A DNA stretch of 55,850 bases, taken from Candidatus Phoenicimicrobium oleiphilum (GTDB lineage Bacteria > Atribacterota > Phoenicimicrobiia > Phoenicimicrobiales > Phoenicimicrobiaceae). The notes below the pieces were generated by a model that had not been told where the DNA came from, did not search any database, and saw only the letters and a list, made by a program, of their open reading frames with translations. Shown here one piece after another: positions 1-11,005 of this stretch. The stretch lies in assembly GCA_039638295.1 (NCBI GenBank), contig JBDIWJ010000007.1, positions 1 through 55,850 of the forward strand, in the 5' to 3' direction. The translations under genes and the position numbers were made by a program. Each line of letters opens with the position of its first letter. The first letter of the stretch is position 1.

Positions 1-137
1 CTTTTTCTTTCTTTTGTGTTATTTTTTATGGTTATATTATACCATATTAGGTCTTTATATGCAAATAGAAGGTGACTTTTCACACGGTCTGACGTCCCCC
101 TGACATACTGACATACGGGGGAAAGGATGCACTTGCT

Positions 138-1388
138 ATGAAAGAAAATAATTCATTTGATATTGCGGTAATTGGCGGGGGACCGGCCGGGATGATGGCA
201 GCTGGTCGAGCAGCAGAGTTGGGAGCAAAAGTAGTTTTAATTGAAAAGAATGAGATTTTAGGTAAAAAATTATTGCTTACCGGCAAGGGACGCTGTAATT
301 TTACCCATAATGAGCTTGATATAAGGAAATTTGCCGAAAAGTTTGGCAAAAATAGGCGTTTTCTCTATAGCGCTTTATCGACTTTTGGTGCGCTCGAGGT
401 AATTAATTTTTTTGAATCCAGAGGAGTAAAAGCTAAAGTAGAACAGGGAGATAGAATCTTTCCAGAGAATAGTAATGCCCGAGACATATTAAATGTATTG
501 GTAAAATATTTAAAGGAGGGGAAGGTCTATATTTTATTAAATGTCGAGGTGGTTGGCTTTAAAGAAGAGGATCAAAAAATATCTTATGTTCTGCTTCGAA
601 ATCAAAAATTAAGTGCTGATAAATATATTCTCTGTACAGGTGGAAAGTCTTATCCTCAGACTGGTTCTACCGGTGATGGCTACCGCTGGGCTGAACAATT
701 GGGACACACTGTAATCCCGCCTGTACCAGCTCTAAACCCGGTAAAGACTTCAGAAAGTTGGGTAAAAGAACTACAGGGTCTATCTCTTAAAAATGTTTCT
801 CTTAAATTATTTAAGAATGGCAAGAAGAAAGACGAGCGTTTTGGGGAGATGCTTTTTACTCACTTTGGAATAAGTGGCCCTATAGTTATGGATATGAGTA
901 AAAACATCGGGGATTTGATGAAGAACGGCCCGGTAAAATTAATTTTAGATTTAAAACCTGCCCTTGATTTTAAAAAATTGGATAAACGTATCCAGCGAGA
1001 TTTTCAGGAGTTCAAGGGGAGAATGTTCAAGAATTCACTGAAAGGATTATTGCCCTTATCGATGATACCGGTAATTATTGCACTTTCTGGTATAGATCCT
1101 GAAAAAAAAGTGGATTACATCAGACGGGAAGAAAGAAATAAATTGGTTCACCTATTAAAAGAATTAGAATTGACATCCACCGGTTTGTTAGGATTTAAGT
1201 GGTCAGTGGTAACCAGCGGGGGAGTTGCCCTTAAGGAGGTAGACCCGAATACGATGGGTTCTAAGAAGATTAAAAATCTATATTTTGCAGGAGAAATATT
1301 GGACCTTGACGGACCTTCTGGAGGGTATAATCTCCAGGAATGCTGGAGTACTGGATATCTAGCCGGCCAAAATGCTGCAAAACATTAA
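138..1388 (+). CDS. NAD(P)/FAD-dependent oxidoreductase, HI0933/YhiN family
   Basis: GGGPAG dinucleotide motif, GKKLLLTGKGRCNFT, TGGKSYPQTGSTGDGY, GEILDLDGPSGGYNLQ. Confidence 0.92.
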   Translation: MKENNSFDIAVIGGGPAGMMAAGRAAELGAKVVLIEKNEILGKKLLLTGKGRCNFTHNELDIRKFAEKFGKNRRFLYSALSTFGALEVINFFESRGVKAKVEQGDRIFPENSNARDILNVLVKYLKEGKVYILLNVEVVGFKEEDQKISYVLLRNQKLSADKYILCTGGKSYPQTGSTGDGYRWAEQLGHTVIPPVPALNPVKTSESWVKELQGLSLKNVSLKLFKNGKKKDERFGEMLFTHFGISGPIVMDMSKNIGDLMKNGPVKLILDLKPALDFKKLDKRIQRDFQEFKGRMFKNSLKGLLPLSMIPVIIALSGIDPEKKVDYIRREERNKLVHLLKELELTSTGLLGFKWSVVTSGGVALKEVDPNTMGSKKIKNLYFAGEILDLDGPSGGYNLQECWSTGYLAGQNAAKH

Positions 1389-1433
1389 AAAATAATTGAC
1401 CAGGATAATTAATTCAATTAGAATAATATTATT

Positions 1434-2144
1434 ATGATATCCATAATAATTCCCACATTAAACGAAGAGGATTATTTACCCAAACTTTTAGATTCTTTAA
1501 GAAAACAGAACCTTAAGGAAGATTATGAAGCAATTATTGCCGATGCGGGTTCTACTGATAAAACCATAGAAATTGCTAAACAAAAATACGGCTGCAGGGT
1601 GGTCCCGGGAGGTTTACCGGCTAAAGGGAGAAACGAAGGGGCTAAAGTTGCTCAGGGAAATTTATTATTGTTCCTGGATGCTGACTTGATATTACCTGAG
1701 GGTTTTTTAGATACTCTTTTAAAAGAATTTAAAGAGAAGAATCTCGATATTGCTTCTACTGATTTAGAGTTTTTATCTAATAAAAAGATTTATAAAATTG
1801 CTGCCTTCCTCTGCAATATCTATTATAGATTTACTCAGCGCATCTTGCCCCATATTAGTCAATGTATTTTGGTAAAGAAAGATATCCATAATAAAATAGG
1901 TGGATTTGATGAAAAGATTAAACTTTGCGAAGATTTTGACTATGTTAAAAAGATGGGCAAGATAACTAAATTTGGGCATATAAGTAAAATAAAATTTTAC
2001 TCTTCAGTAAGAAGATTTGAAAAAGATGGATTAATTTATACTTTTCTAAAACTTTTATTTGCTCACCTTTATATTGCCCTTTTTGGTCCCATTAAATCAG
2101 ATATTTTTAGATATCGTTTTAGCCATTATTTGAAAAATAGATAG
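1434..2144 (+). CDS. Glycosyltransferase family 2
   Basis: ISIIIPTLNEE, DAGSTD, RNEGA, LFLDAD, GGFDE..ED motifs. Confidence 0.9.
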   Translation: MISIIIPTLNEEDYLPKLLDSLRKQNLKEDYEAIIADAGSTDKTIEIAKQKYGCRVVPGGLPAKGRNEGAKVAQGNLLLFLDADLILPEGFLDTLLKEFKEKNLDIASTDLEFLSNKKIYKIAAFLCNIYYRFTQRILPHISQCILVKKDIHNKIGGFDEKIKLCEDFDYVKKMGKITKFGHISKIKFYSSVRRFEKDGLIYTFLKLLFAHLYIALFGPIKSDIFRYRFSHYLKNR

Positions 2145-2408
2145 AATTATTTCTGATAATGATAACTTTTGTTATTAATTACTATCTACTATTTTCCGCA
2201 AGATTGCCACACTCCCTATTTCTCCTGTGGATAACGATACATCGTCTCCTTACCTTACAATTTTATTTATTTTTGGATTTTAATTATGATATAATTAAAA
2301 AAAATTGGTTAATTACTTTAAAAATAGATATTTAAGAATTGGACCCCTTGTCTAACAGAGTTTTAGGGTGATGATCGATTAAAAAGTATAAATAAGAGGT
2401 AAAAATAG

Positions 2409-3644
2409 ATGAAATTTCTTCATTTAGCTGATGTTCATTTAGGAATGGAAAATTATGGACGGTTAGATCCTTCTACTGGTTTACACACCCGATTGCAGGA
2501 TTTTATAAATTGTTTTAGTTTTGCTATCGATATTGCCTTAGAGGAGAAGGTAGATTTAGTAATTTTTGCTGGGGATGCATACAAAAATAGCAATCCTAAT
2601 CCTACCCACCAATGTGAATTTGCTCAACAGATTTATAGATTAAGTGAAGCAAAAATTCCAGTGGTAATGATAAATGGAAACCATGATAATCCTGTATCTT
2701 TCGGCAAAGCTACTGCCCTCGACATTTTTAATACTTTAAATGTTCCTGGGGTAAGAGTGTTAACTGAACCTGAACTATTAAATATAGAGACCAAATCAGG
2801 TCCTATTCAGGTATTTGGTCTGCCCTGGCCCACTAAAAACCTCTTTCTTGCCAAGGAAGAATATAAGAATTTTACTGATGAAGAAATTACCAAAGAAATT
2901 CAGAAAAGAGTAAGTGAAAAAATTATTGAATATATTCATCTGATGAAGTCGAATATGCCTGCCATCTTTGCTGCTCACCTTACTGCTGCTGAAGCTACCT
3001 ATTCCGGTTCAGAAAGGTCGGCTATAATCGGAAGGGACCCGGTATTCCCTACTCATATCTTAGCCCAGAAAGAGTTTGATTATGTTGCTTTAGGACATAT
3101 TCATAAATTTCAGGATTTGAATTTCAATAGCCATCCCCCGGTAGTCTATTCAGGAAGTATCGAAAGAATAAATTTCAGTGAAGAGAAGGAAGACAAAGGA
3201 GTTTGTTTGGTAAATATTGAAGGTGGCAAAACTTCTTATGAATTTATCCCTGTTCCCGCCAGAAAATTTATTACCATAGATGTTACCATTTCTGAGGAAC
3301 AGGACCCTACAAATACAATAATACGAGAAATTGAAAAGTATGATTTATCTGAAGCCGTAGTGAGGGTGTTTTATGCTATGTCAACAGAGAGAGAAGATTT
3401 GCTGGATTTTAAAAGAATAAATTCTGCCTTAGAAAAGGCTTTTTTGGTAACTACTATTGCCAAAAAATCAAAACCAGTAGAGCGAGTTAAGAGAGTAGAA
3501 GTATCAGAAGATTTAGGGATGCTGGAGGCTATGGATAAATATATTCAGAGCAATCCTGAGTTAGTACCTTTGTCTGATGAATTAAAAAACTACGCCCAGG
3601 AATTAGAAAAAGAACTTGAAGAAGTAGAAGGGGAAAGAAATTGA
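2409..3644 (+). CDS. sbcD: Exonuclease SbcD (Mre11-like metallophosphoesterase)
   Basis: HLADVHLG, AGD, GNHD, ALGHIH, YSGS motifs; overlaps the start of sbcC. Confidence 0.92.
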   Translation: MKFLHLADVHLGMENYGRLDPSTGLHTRLQDFINCFSFAIDIALEEKVDLVIFAGDAYKNSNPNPTHQCEFAQQIYRLSEAKIPVVMINGNHDNPVSFGKATALDIFNTLNVPGVRVLTEPELLNIETKSGPIQVFGLPWPTKNLFLAKEEYKNFTDEEITKEIQKRVSEKIIEYIHLMKSNMPAIFAAHLTAAEATYSGSERSAIIGRDPVFPTHILAQKEFDYVALGHIHKFQDLNFNSHPPVVYSGSIERINFSEEKEDKGVCLVNIEGGKTSYEFIPVPARKFITIDVTISEEQDPTNTIIREIEKYDLSEAVVRVFYAMSTEREDLLDFKRINSALEKAFLVTTIAKKSKPVERVKRVEVSEDLGMLEAMDKYIQSNPELVPLSDELKNYAQELEKELEEVEGERN

Positions 3645-6229
3645 TACCAGTAAAATTAGCCTTGAAAAACTTTTTAAGTTACGGGGAAGATGTTCCTCCT
3701 CTCGATTTTACTCAGTTTCATATTGCCTGTCTTTCAGGAAAAAATGGTCAGGGCAAATCTGCCCTTTTAGATGCTTTAACCTGGGCAGTATGGGGGGAAG
3801 GCAGAAAATCCAGCCAGGAGAAGAAGGCTGATAATAGCCTGCTTCAGATTGGCCAGAAAGATATGCAGGTGGAATTTATATTTGATCTGGAAGGAGACAG
3901 ATATCGCATTATCAGGAGTTTTTCTCTGGTTAAAAAAAGTTCTCGTCCCAGTTTAGAATTCCAGGTTTTTAGTCAAGAAAAGAGTGAGTATATTTCTCTA
4001 ACTGCTCCCTCTATTCGAAAAACCCAGGAAAAAATTATTAAAACTTTAAGGATAGACTATCAAACCTTTATCAATTCTGCTTTTATCCTTCAGGGGCGAA
4101 TTGATGAATTTAGTCGAAAAAGCCCAAGAGAAAGAAAGGAAATCTTATCCGAGATTTTAGGTCTTTCTCGCTATGATGAACTTGCTAATTTAGCTAAATC
4201 CCACCTTAGAAAAGTTAACAATATTATTATGACCAAAGAAGGTAGATTGGACTATATCAATCAAGAAATAAGCAATATTGATTTTTACAAACAAAAGATA
4301 AAGGAATTGTCAGAAAGTTATAGTAAAATTTCCCAAAAGTTAAAGAAAAAAGAAGAGGAGGTTACTAAATTAAAAGAGAAAATTAATCTTCTAAAACATA
4401 AAAGTGAACAGTTTGAAGAATTGGAAGGGCAAATAAGACAGCAAAGACAGGAAATTGCACGAGAACAAAAACAGATTGAATTAAAAAAGAATGAAATTGA
4501 AGACTGCCAGAAGATAATTTCCCAAAAAGAGAAAATTTTAGTTAATTTTAAAAATTATCAGAAATTCAGTGCCGAATATAATGAATTCACCCGAAAACTT
4601 CAAAAAATTAGAAAGATAGAAGAAGAAAAAAATATTATTGGGAGAGCGATAGAAAGCGAGAAAGCTGATATAGTTGTAAAGTTTAGAAATAAACAGGATA
4701 GGTATAAAGATCTTTATGTTAAGGTTGAGCAAGGAGCAAAGCATAAGGCTATACTTTTAGAATTAGAAAAAAAGATGAAGGATATGAAATTTTTCCAGGA
4801 AGAGAGCGAAAAAATTCGGCAGGAAGGTAGTAAACTTAATATAGAAATAAATATTATTAAAGGTAAGATAGAAAGGTTAGAAAAAGATAACAAAGATAAT
4901 CAAGAAAAATTGCGTCTTTTGAGGGAGAATCCGGAAGGAGAATGTCCTTTATGCGAAGCGAAATTAAATGTAGAGAGAAAAAGGAAGATTGAAGACAATA
5001 TAAACAAGGAAATAAATTCAAATCGTAAAGAGATAGATAAGTTAAAAAGAGAAGAAGAGAAACTAAATATACAAAAGGAAAAATTAATAAATAAATGGAA
5101 AGAGACTAATCAAAAATTAAGAGATAAGGATATATGGCAACAAAAGTTGAACAAAGCATATCTTGAATATGAAGAATCTAAACAGGCAGCAAAAATAATG
5201 ACAGGTTTACTGGAAGAGATTAAAGAAATTGAAAAAGTCTTAAAAGAAAGAAGTTATGCTCTAAGGGAACAAGAAAAGTTAAAAGAGCTTGATAAGCAAA
5301 TTAAGGATATTGGTTATAATGAAGAAAGGCATCAGCAGCTTGCTCGTAAAACTGAGGAACTACGTAATGCCCCCCTTGAGAAGGCAAAATTAGAAGAGGC
5401 GGGGGAAAAGATTGATTTTTTAAGAAACACACTTTTGGAGTTAGAAGAAACTTGTCAAAAAAAAGGATTAAATTTAAAAGACCTAAATAAGAGAAAAGAG
5501 AAGATAAAAGAAGAATTAAAAGAACTTTCTCCCCTAAAAGAAAAATTAAATCAAGAAGAACAATTTTTAAAATCTATTCAGACTCAAAAAGATAGAATTT
5601 TAGAAGAAAGAGGAGGTTATCAGGCCAAGTTTGACCAGTGCCTTAAATTAGAAAAAGAGAAGAAAGAGATAAATAAAGAATTGAAAAAAAGCAAGAAAGA
5701 GCAAAATATTTATGAGAAATTGATTATAGCTTTCGGGAAAAATGGAATTCAGGCTTTAATTATTGAAAATGTTTTGCCCGAAATAGAAGAAGAAGCTAAT
5801 AATCTTCTGGCTAAACTAACTGATAATAGTACTCAAATAACTATTGAATCTCTTCGTGATTTGAAGAGTGGAGGCATAAAAGAGACATTGGATATCAAGA
5901 TAAGTGATGAATTAGGCATCCGTGACTATGAGCTGTATAGTGGGGGAGAGGCCTTTCGGATAGATTTTTCTTTAAGGATTGCCCTTTCTAAATTATTAAC
6001 TAGAAGGGCAGGGACCAAATTAAGAACCTTAGTAATGGATGAAGGATTTGGCACTCAGGATGAAGAAGGGATAGACAATCTGGTACAGGCTATCCAATCT
6101 ATAAGTGATGATTTTGATAAAATATTAGTCATCACTCATCTGGAATCATTAAAGGATGCCTTCCCGGTAAGAATCGAGGTAACCAAACTTCCTGAAATTG
6201 GTTCCCGCTTCGAGATTGTAAAAAATTAA
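3641..6229 (+). CDS. sbcC: SbcC/Rad50-like SMC ATPase
   Basis: Walker A GKNGQGKS, long coiled coil with CPLC zinc hook, YSGGE signature, DEGFG Walker B. Confidence 0.92.
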   Translation: MIPVKLALKNFLSYGEDVPPLDFTQFHIACLSGKNGQGKSALLDALTWAVWGEGRKSSQEKKADNSLLQIGQKDMQVEFIFDLEGDRYRIIRSFSLVKKSSRPSLEFQVFSQEKSEYISLTAPSIRKTQEKIIKTLRIDYQTFINSAFILQGRIDEFSRKSPRERKEILSEILGLSRYDELANLAKSHLRKVNNIIMTKEGRLDYINQEISNIDFYKQKIKELSESYSKISQKLKKKEEEVTKLKEKINLLKHKSEQFEELEGQIRQQRQEIAREQKQIELKKNEIEDCQKIISQKEKILVNFKNYQKFSAEYNEFTRKLQKIRKIEEEKNIIGRAIESEKADIVVKFRNKQDRYKDLYVKVEQGAKHKAILLELEKKMKDMKFFQEESEKIRQEGSKLNIEINIIKGKIERLEKDNKDNQEKLRLLRENPEGECPLCEAKLNVERKRKIEDNINKEINSNRKEIDKLKREEEKLNIQKEKLINKWKETNQKLRDKDIWQQKLNKAYLEYEESKQAAKIMTGLLEEIKEIEKVLKERSYALREQEKLKELDKQIKDIGYNEERHQQLARKTEELRNAPLEKAKLEEAGEKIDFLRNTLLELEETCQKKGLNLKDLNKRKEKIKEELKELSPLKEKLNQEEQFLKSIQTQKDRILEERGGYQAKFDQCLKLEKEKKEINKELKKSKKEQNIYEKLIIAFGKNGIQALIIENVLPEIEEEANNLLAKLTDNSTQITIESLRDLKSGGIKETLDIKISDELGIRDYELYSGGEAFRIDFSLRIALSKLLTRRAGTKLRTLVMDEGFGTQDEEGIDNLVQAIQSISDDFDKILVITHLESLKDAFPVRIEVTKLPEIGSRFEIVKN

Positions 6230-6247
6230 AAAAATTATGATATCCAA

Positions 6248-6276
6248 GCAGGAATTTATTAAGCGATGTTGAATAT
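6248..6276 (+). promoter_or_regulatory. Sigma-H-like promoter (AGGA-N17-GAAT)
   Basis: gcAGGAattt...gttGAATat upstream of the sugar SBP gene; same motif at 28212, 35566 and 42124. Confidence 0.55.
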
Positions 6277-6409
6277 ATTAATATACAGGAAGTTTAAGTT
6301 TGTACACTGTTCCCTGACAAAGTTAAGTGAAGGGAGGTGAAGGAAGAATTTAGTTAATAAGAAATAAGAAGAAAGTTACTATATAAAATTTTAAAGGAGG
6401 TTTGTATCT

Positions 6410-7684
6410 ATGAAGAAGTTATTTGTCGTTTTTCTTTTTGTAATTTTTGTATCTATAACAGTTAATGCAGCAACCGATATTGAAATTACTTTCTGGACTC
6501 ATGAAGACCCAAACAGAACAGAAATTGAAAATAGATATATTGCAGAATTTGAGCAGGCTAACCCAGGAGTTACTATTAAGAGAGTCACTAGTGGTTCAGG
6601 ACAAATTCAAGAATTAATTCTTACTGCTTTTGCCGCAAACCAGGGTCCAGATATCTTTAATATGTCTATTGAAGATGAATATGCCTATATAGTAAATGAG
6701 CGTCTTGCTCCTGTCGATTTTGAAGCTGCTGGTTATCCCAGTCTTCAAGCAATTTATGATGCCTACATTCCAGGAGTATTAGACCCGGTTACCTATAAAG
6801 GTCAACTCTATGGCCTTCCATTAGAGTTGACTAACTGGTGTATTTATATTAATAAGAAAATATTCAGGGATGTGGGGCTTGATCCAGAAAAAGATTATCC
6901 CAAAACCTGGGAGGAAATGATGGAGGTGTCTGATAAGATAGCTATTCGTGAAGGGGAGATACTAAAAAGAAGAGGATTTGATTTTAGATACCCCTATTAC
7001 CTGGTTTCCTGGGTACCGATGGTTGAACAATTGGGGGGAAAGTTGATAAGTGATGATGGAAAAACAGCTATTATTAATGAGGAAGCCTGGCTTAAAGTAC
7101 TTGATTATATGAGAGAGTGGGGACCAAACGGCAGAAACTTGGGTTCACCTACTTATACTAATGCCCGAAAGCTTTTCAATAAGGATAATAATGATGTAGC
7201 TATGTGTCTTACTGGTCTTTACCAACAGGGAAGAATTAGAGCAGATAATCCTGAATTCTATGAAAGCGGTGAATGGATGGTAGTGCCATTTCCGGTATTT
7301 GAAAATGCAGTAAAAGATGTTCCTGCTGCCTATTATGGGCACTATTATATGGTCAACGGCCAGAAACCTAAAGAAAATCAGCAAATTGCCTGGAAATTTA
7401 TTGCCTTTATGCTCAGTCACCCTGAAGAATATCTTACCAAAGTTAACATTGTCCAGCCTACAGTTAAATTAATGGAATCAGCTACTTTCAAATCTATGCC
7501 TTACTCTGAGGTGTTTAAGAATGATATGGCCAAAGGGCATATCGTATATTACGGAGAGAGCAGTGCAAAAATTCAGTCACTTATTAGAGAAGCAGTTGAA
7601 TCAGTAATGTTAGCTGGTGTTTCACCAGAGGATGCTTTAAAAACATTAAAGAGAAAAGTTCAGGAAGTGCTTGAAGAAGGTTAA
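6410..7684 (+). CDS. Carbohydrate ABC transporter substrate-binding protein (CUT1)
   Basis: Signal peptide, ITFW, PDIF, GQLYGLP, PKTWEEM motifs; SD AAAGGAGG. Confidence 0.9.
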   Translation: MKKLFVVFLFVIFVSITVNAATDIEITFWTHEDPNRTEIENRYIAEFEQANPGVTIKRVTSGSGQIQELILTAFAANQGPDIFNMSIEDEYAYIVNERLAPVDFEAAGYPSLQAIYDAYIPGVLDPVTYKGQLYGLPLELTNWCIYINKKIFRDVGLDPEKDYPKTWEEMMEVSDKIAIREGEILKRRGFDFRYPYYLVSWVPMVEQLGGKLISDDGKTAIINEEAWLKVLDYMREWGPNGRNLGSPTYTNARKLFNKDNNDVAMCLTGLYQQGRIRADNPEFYESGEWMVVPFPVFENAVKDVPAAYYGHYYMVNGQKPKENQQIAWKFIAFMLSHPEEYLTKVNIVQPTVKLMESATFKSMPYSEVFKNDMAKGHIVYYGESSAKIQSLIREAVESVMLAGVSPEDALKTLKRKVQEVLEEG

Positions 7685-7701
7685 TAACTTTTGTTAAAAC
7701 C

Positions 7702-7742
7702 ACAGGGCTGGGCTATTAGTTTTGACCTGGCCCTGTTTTTAT
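7702..7742 (+). terminator. Hairpin with T-tract between SBP and permease genes (attenuator or mRNA stabiliser)
   Basis: acagggc...gccctgt followed by tttt. Confidence 0.5.
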
Positions 7743-7761
7743 TATTGAGGGAGTGTAATTA

Positions 7762-8676
7762 TTGATGAGCAAAAGGATACAAAGTTATAGCATTGAACGA
7801 CAAAAAGCACGTTGGGGATGGATATTTGTTGCTCCTACACTCATCTTTTTTTCCTTGTTTAGTTTTTATCCGATTTTTAATGCTTTTTATGCCAGTTTAT
7901 TTAGAAAAAAACTGCTATCATTGAAGCCACCTGATTTTATTGGTTTTAATAATTATAGTTATCTTCTTAAATCTCCAGATTTTTGGAACTCTATAAGGGC
8001 TACCGTGGTTTTTACCCTGGGGACTTTTATTCCTCTTTTAATTTTTAGTCTTATTTTTGCAATTTTTATAATGTCGAGAAAGAGATTTCAGAATTTTTTT
8101 CAGATGGCTTACTATTCTCCGGCAGTTCTATCCTCAGTTGTAGCCGCAGTAATCTGGTTACTTATTTTTGACCCGAGGGGATTAGCCAATCAATGGGTAA
8201 ATTTTGCCCTGAATACACCTGGTATAGACCATAAGTGGCTGGCGAGTTCAGTAATGGTTCAAATCTCTGCAATGATGGTTTATTTTTGGAAATATGTGGG
8301 CTATTTTACTATAATTTTTATCGTAGGATTAGCCTCTATTCCTCAAAGTATTTATGAGGCATCCAAAATAGATGGAGCAAATGATTGGAAAAATTTTTGG
8401 TATATTACCCTTCCACTTTTAAAACCCACTACTATTTTAGTATCTATTATGTCTATGCTTCAGTGTCTGAAGACCTTCAGTACTCAATATTTATTTACGC
8501 AGGGTGGAGCACCGCTGGCTCCAATAAATGTAATCACTTTAAATATTTATCATACAGCCATAAGAGATCATAGGATAGGTCGAGCAAGTGCGATGAGTAT
8601 TATTTTGTTCATTATAATGCTATTTTTTACCTGGCTACAATTTAAATTTTCTCGGACAGACGAAGTCAGTTATTAA
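7762..8676 (+). CDS. Sugar ABC transporter permease
   Basis: Multiple TM segments, EAA motif YEASKIDGA. Confidence 0.9.
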   Translation: MMSKRIQSYSIERQKARWGWIFVAPTLIFFSLFSFYPIFNAFYASLFRKKLLSLKPPDFIGFNNYSYLLKSPDFWNSIRATVVFTLGTFIPLLIFSLIFAIFIMSRKRFQNFFQMAYYSPAVLSSVVAAVIWLLIFDPRGLANQWVNFALNTPGIDHKWLASSVMVQISAMMVYFWKYVGYFTIIFIVGLASIPQSIYEASKIDGANDWKNFWYITLPLLKPTTILVSIMSMLQCLKTFSTQYLFTQGGAPLAPINVITLNIYHTAIRDHRIGRASAMSIILFIIMLFFTWLQFKFSRTDEVSY

Positions 8677-8689
8677 GGAGAAATATATT

Positions 8690-9565
8690 ATGGACCATAA
8701 ATTAGAAAGAAAAAAGATTAAGACTTCCTATCAATCCTTGGTAATAGATATATTTATATGGGTATTTCTTATTTTTGCAGCGCTATTTATTCTTGCCCCT
8801 ACAATATTTATGTTTACTGCCTCATTAATGCCAGCAAGTGATGTCGTGAAGATGCCTTATCGATGGATACCCGGGGGTTTTTACTGGCAAAATTATTGGC
8901 AAGGAATAAGAGGAAATGATGGAAGTTTTATCTATATCAGAAATATCTTAAACTCATTAATAGTAGCGACAGTGGTATCTGTTTCTACAGTGTTCCTTTC
9001 GGCTTTAGCGGGATTTGGTTTAGCAAAATATTACTTTAAAGGCAGGGCTTTGGTCTTTATGATGATTATGGGGACAATGATGATCCCTTTTGAAGCGATA
9101 ATGATCCCACTTTATCTAGTTACTACAAAATTAGGACTTCAGGATTCATATGCTGGTTTAATAGCCCCTTTTTTGGTAAATGCCTTCGGAGTCTTTCTAA
9201 TGAGACAGTACTTTATTACCTTCCCGGATGAAATACTGGATGCGGCCAGAATTGATGGAGCGAGTGAATTGATGATTTTTAAAACAATTATTTTACCAAA
9301 TAGTGTTCCGGCTATTGCAACTTTGGCGATTTTGACTTTTAAAGCTCAATGGGATAATTTATTGTGGCCCTTACTAGTAGTGCAGAGTGAAGAGATGAAG
9401 ACTATACCTTTATATATTGTTAAATTTATGGCTGAAAAACATACTGATGAAGGGGCAATGATGGCAGTTGCCGCCATAGCGAGTATCCCGATATTAATTG
9501 TATTTTTTAGATTATCTAAATATTTTCTGGGGGGTGCAGCTCTATATTCATCGAGGAAAGGATAA
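8690..9565 (+). CDS. Sugar ABC transporter permease
   Basis: TM segments, EAA motif LDAARIDGA. Confidence 0.9.
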   Translation: MDHKLERKKIKTSYQSLVIDIFIWVFLIFAALFILAPTIFMFTASLMPASDVVKMPYRWIPGGFYWQNYWQGIRGNDGSFIYIRNILNSLIVATVVSVSTVFLSALAGFGLAKYYFKGRALVFMMIMGTMMIPFEAIMIPLYLVTTKLGLQDSYAGLIAPFLVNAFGVFLMRQYFITFPDEILDAARIDGASELMIFKTIILPNSVPAIATLAILTFKAQWDNLLWPLLVVQSEEMKTIPLYIVKFMAEKHTDEGAMMAVAAIASIPILIVFFRLSKYFLGGAALYSSRKG

Positions 9566-9576
9566 TTAAGATAACT

Positions 9577-10152
9577 ATGAAAAAGCTTTATATTTTTGAT
9601 ATGGGTGGCGTATTGACTTATAATACCGATGTTTTTCCAAACATCATTAATTATCTTAAAATCACTGAGGAAGAATTTATTACTTATTCTGGTGAAAACC
9701 TGAGAAAACTTATTGATGGGAAGATTGGTACTGATGAATTTTGGACAAAGTTTTCCTTAAAGTATGGTAAAAAGGTGGAAGAAGAATTATTCAGTAAATT
9801 TTTTAATCCGAAGATAAATCAGAGGACTAGGGATATAATAGAACGACTTAAAGAAATTTCCAGGGTGGTTTGTGGCACTAATACACTTGATTCTCATTAC
9901 GATTGTCATTTAAAACATGGAGATTATAATATCTTTGATAAGGTTTATGCTTCAAATAAAATGGGAGTATCCAAGCCTGACCCAGATTTTTATTGGTATA
10001 TTTTAAGGGAAGAGGGAGTTAAGCCGGAAGACACAGTCTTTATAGATGATACCGAAGAAAATATCCTTTCTGCCCAAAAAATTGGCATCAAATCTATTCT
10101 TTTTACTGATCCCGATTCTTTAAAACAACAAATAAAGTCATTTTCCGATTAG
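9577..10152 (+). CDS. HAD-superfamily phosphatase (YihX-like)
   Basis: FDMGGVL motif I, KPDP, FIDD. Confidence 0.88.
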   Translation: MKKLYIFDMGGVLTYNTDVFPNIINYLKITEEEFITYSGENLRKLIDGKIGTDEFWTKFSLKYGKKVEEELFSKFFNPKINQRTRDIIERLKEISRVVCGTNTLDSHYDCHLKHGDYNIFDKVYASNKMGVSKPDPDFYWYILREEGVKPEDTVFIDDTEENILSAQKIGIKSILFTDPDSLKQQIKSFSD

Positions 10153-10166
10153 GAAGGAGAATAATT

Positions 10167-11005
10167 ATGGTTTTTAATTCCCATGGACGCTTGCGTTCAG
10201 TACTACTCTGTAAACCAACCTATTATGAAATTTGTGACTTTAGCGAGGTTGCCTCTCAACATCTTAAAGAAGGATTTAGAGTTTCAAGGGAAGATGCAAT
10301 TAAACAACACCAAGAATTTGCAGAAGTATTCCGACAGTTAGAGATAGACATCAAATGGCAAATCGCCCAACCTGGCCATCCCGACCAGGTAGCAACCAGA
10401 GATTTTGGGGTTAATACAGCAAAAGGTGTATTAATCGGTAATTTTCTTTATGCAGATAATGAAGGAGATACTGAATTAGCTATCGAAACCCTTGAACAGT
10501 TAAAAGTACCTATAATAGGCAGAGTGATAGAAGGGTCGTTAGAAGGTGGTGATTGTTGGTATTTAGATGAATATACTATGGTGATAGGGATAGGGAAACG
10601 CACTACCTGGGAGGGATAAAAGAAGCAGAAAAAATACTTGATTCCTTTAATATCAGGGTTATTTCGGTTCAGTTTAAAGCAAAATGGAACCATCTGGATA
10701 TGATATTTTCAGTAGTTGCCTCCAAAACAGTTATGTTATGCCCCGAGGCCTTACCAGATGATTTCTTAAAATATTTAAAAAACGAAAGATATAAAATTAT
10801 TTCTATTCCTAGCAAGGATGTATTTGCAGGAACATTAAATCTTTTAGCCTTAGGTGATGAAAAAGTGCTCTCCTTTAAAGAAAACAAAATCGGAAACGAA
10901 AAACTTAAAGCTTGGGGACTGGAAGTTTTTGACCCTTCTTTAAGTCAATTTCTAATGGATGGTTCTGGCCCCCATTGTCTTTCCTTTGAGTTGGCTCGAG
11001 ATTAG
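10167..11005 (+). pseudogene. Amidinotransferase / dimethylarginine dimethylaminohydrolase-like gene split by a 1-nt frameshift near 10615
   Basis: 5' ORF has TRD and LEGGD; the shifted frame from 10616 reads IKEAEKILDSF...NHLDMIF...GSGPHCLS, about 279 aa when joined. Confidence 0.8.

Noticed and set aside
95..125. Hairpin with tgacatac direct repeat next to the SD of the first gene
   Set aside because: No match to a riboswitch I recognise, and too little upstream context
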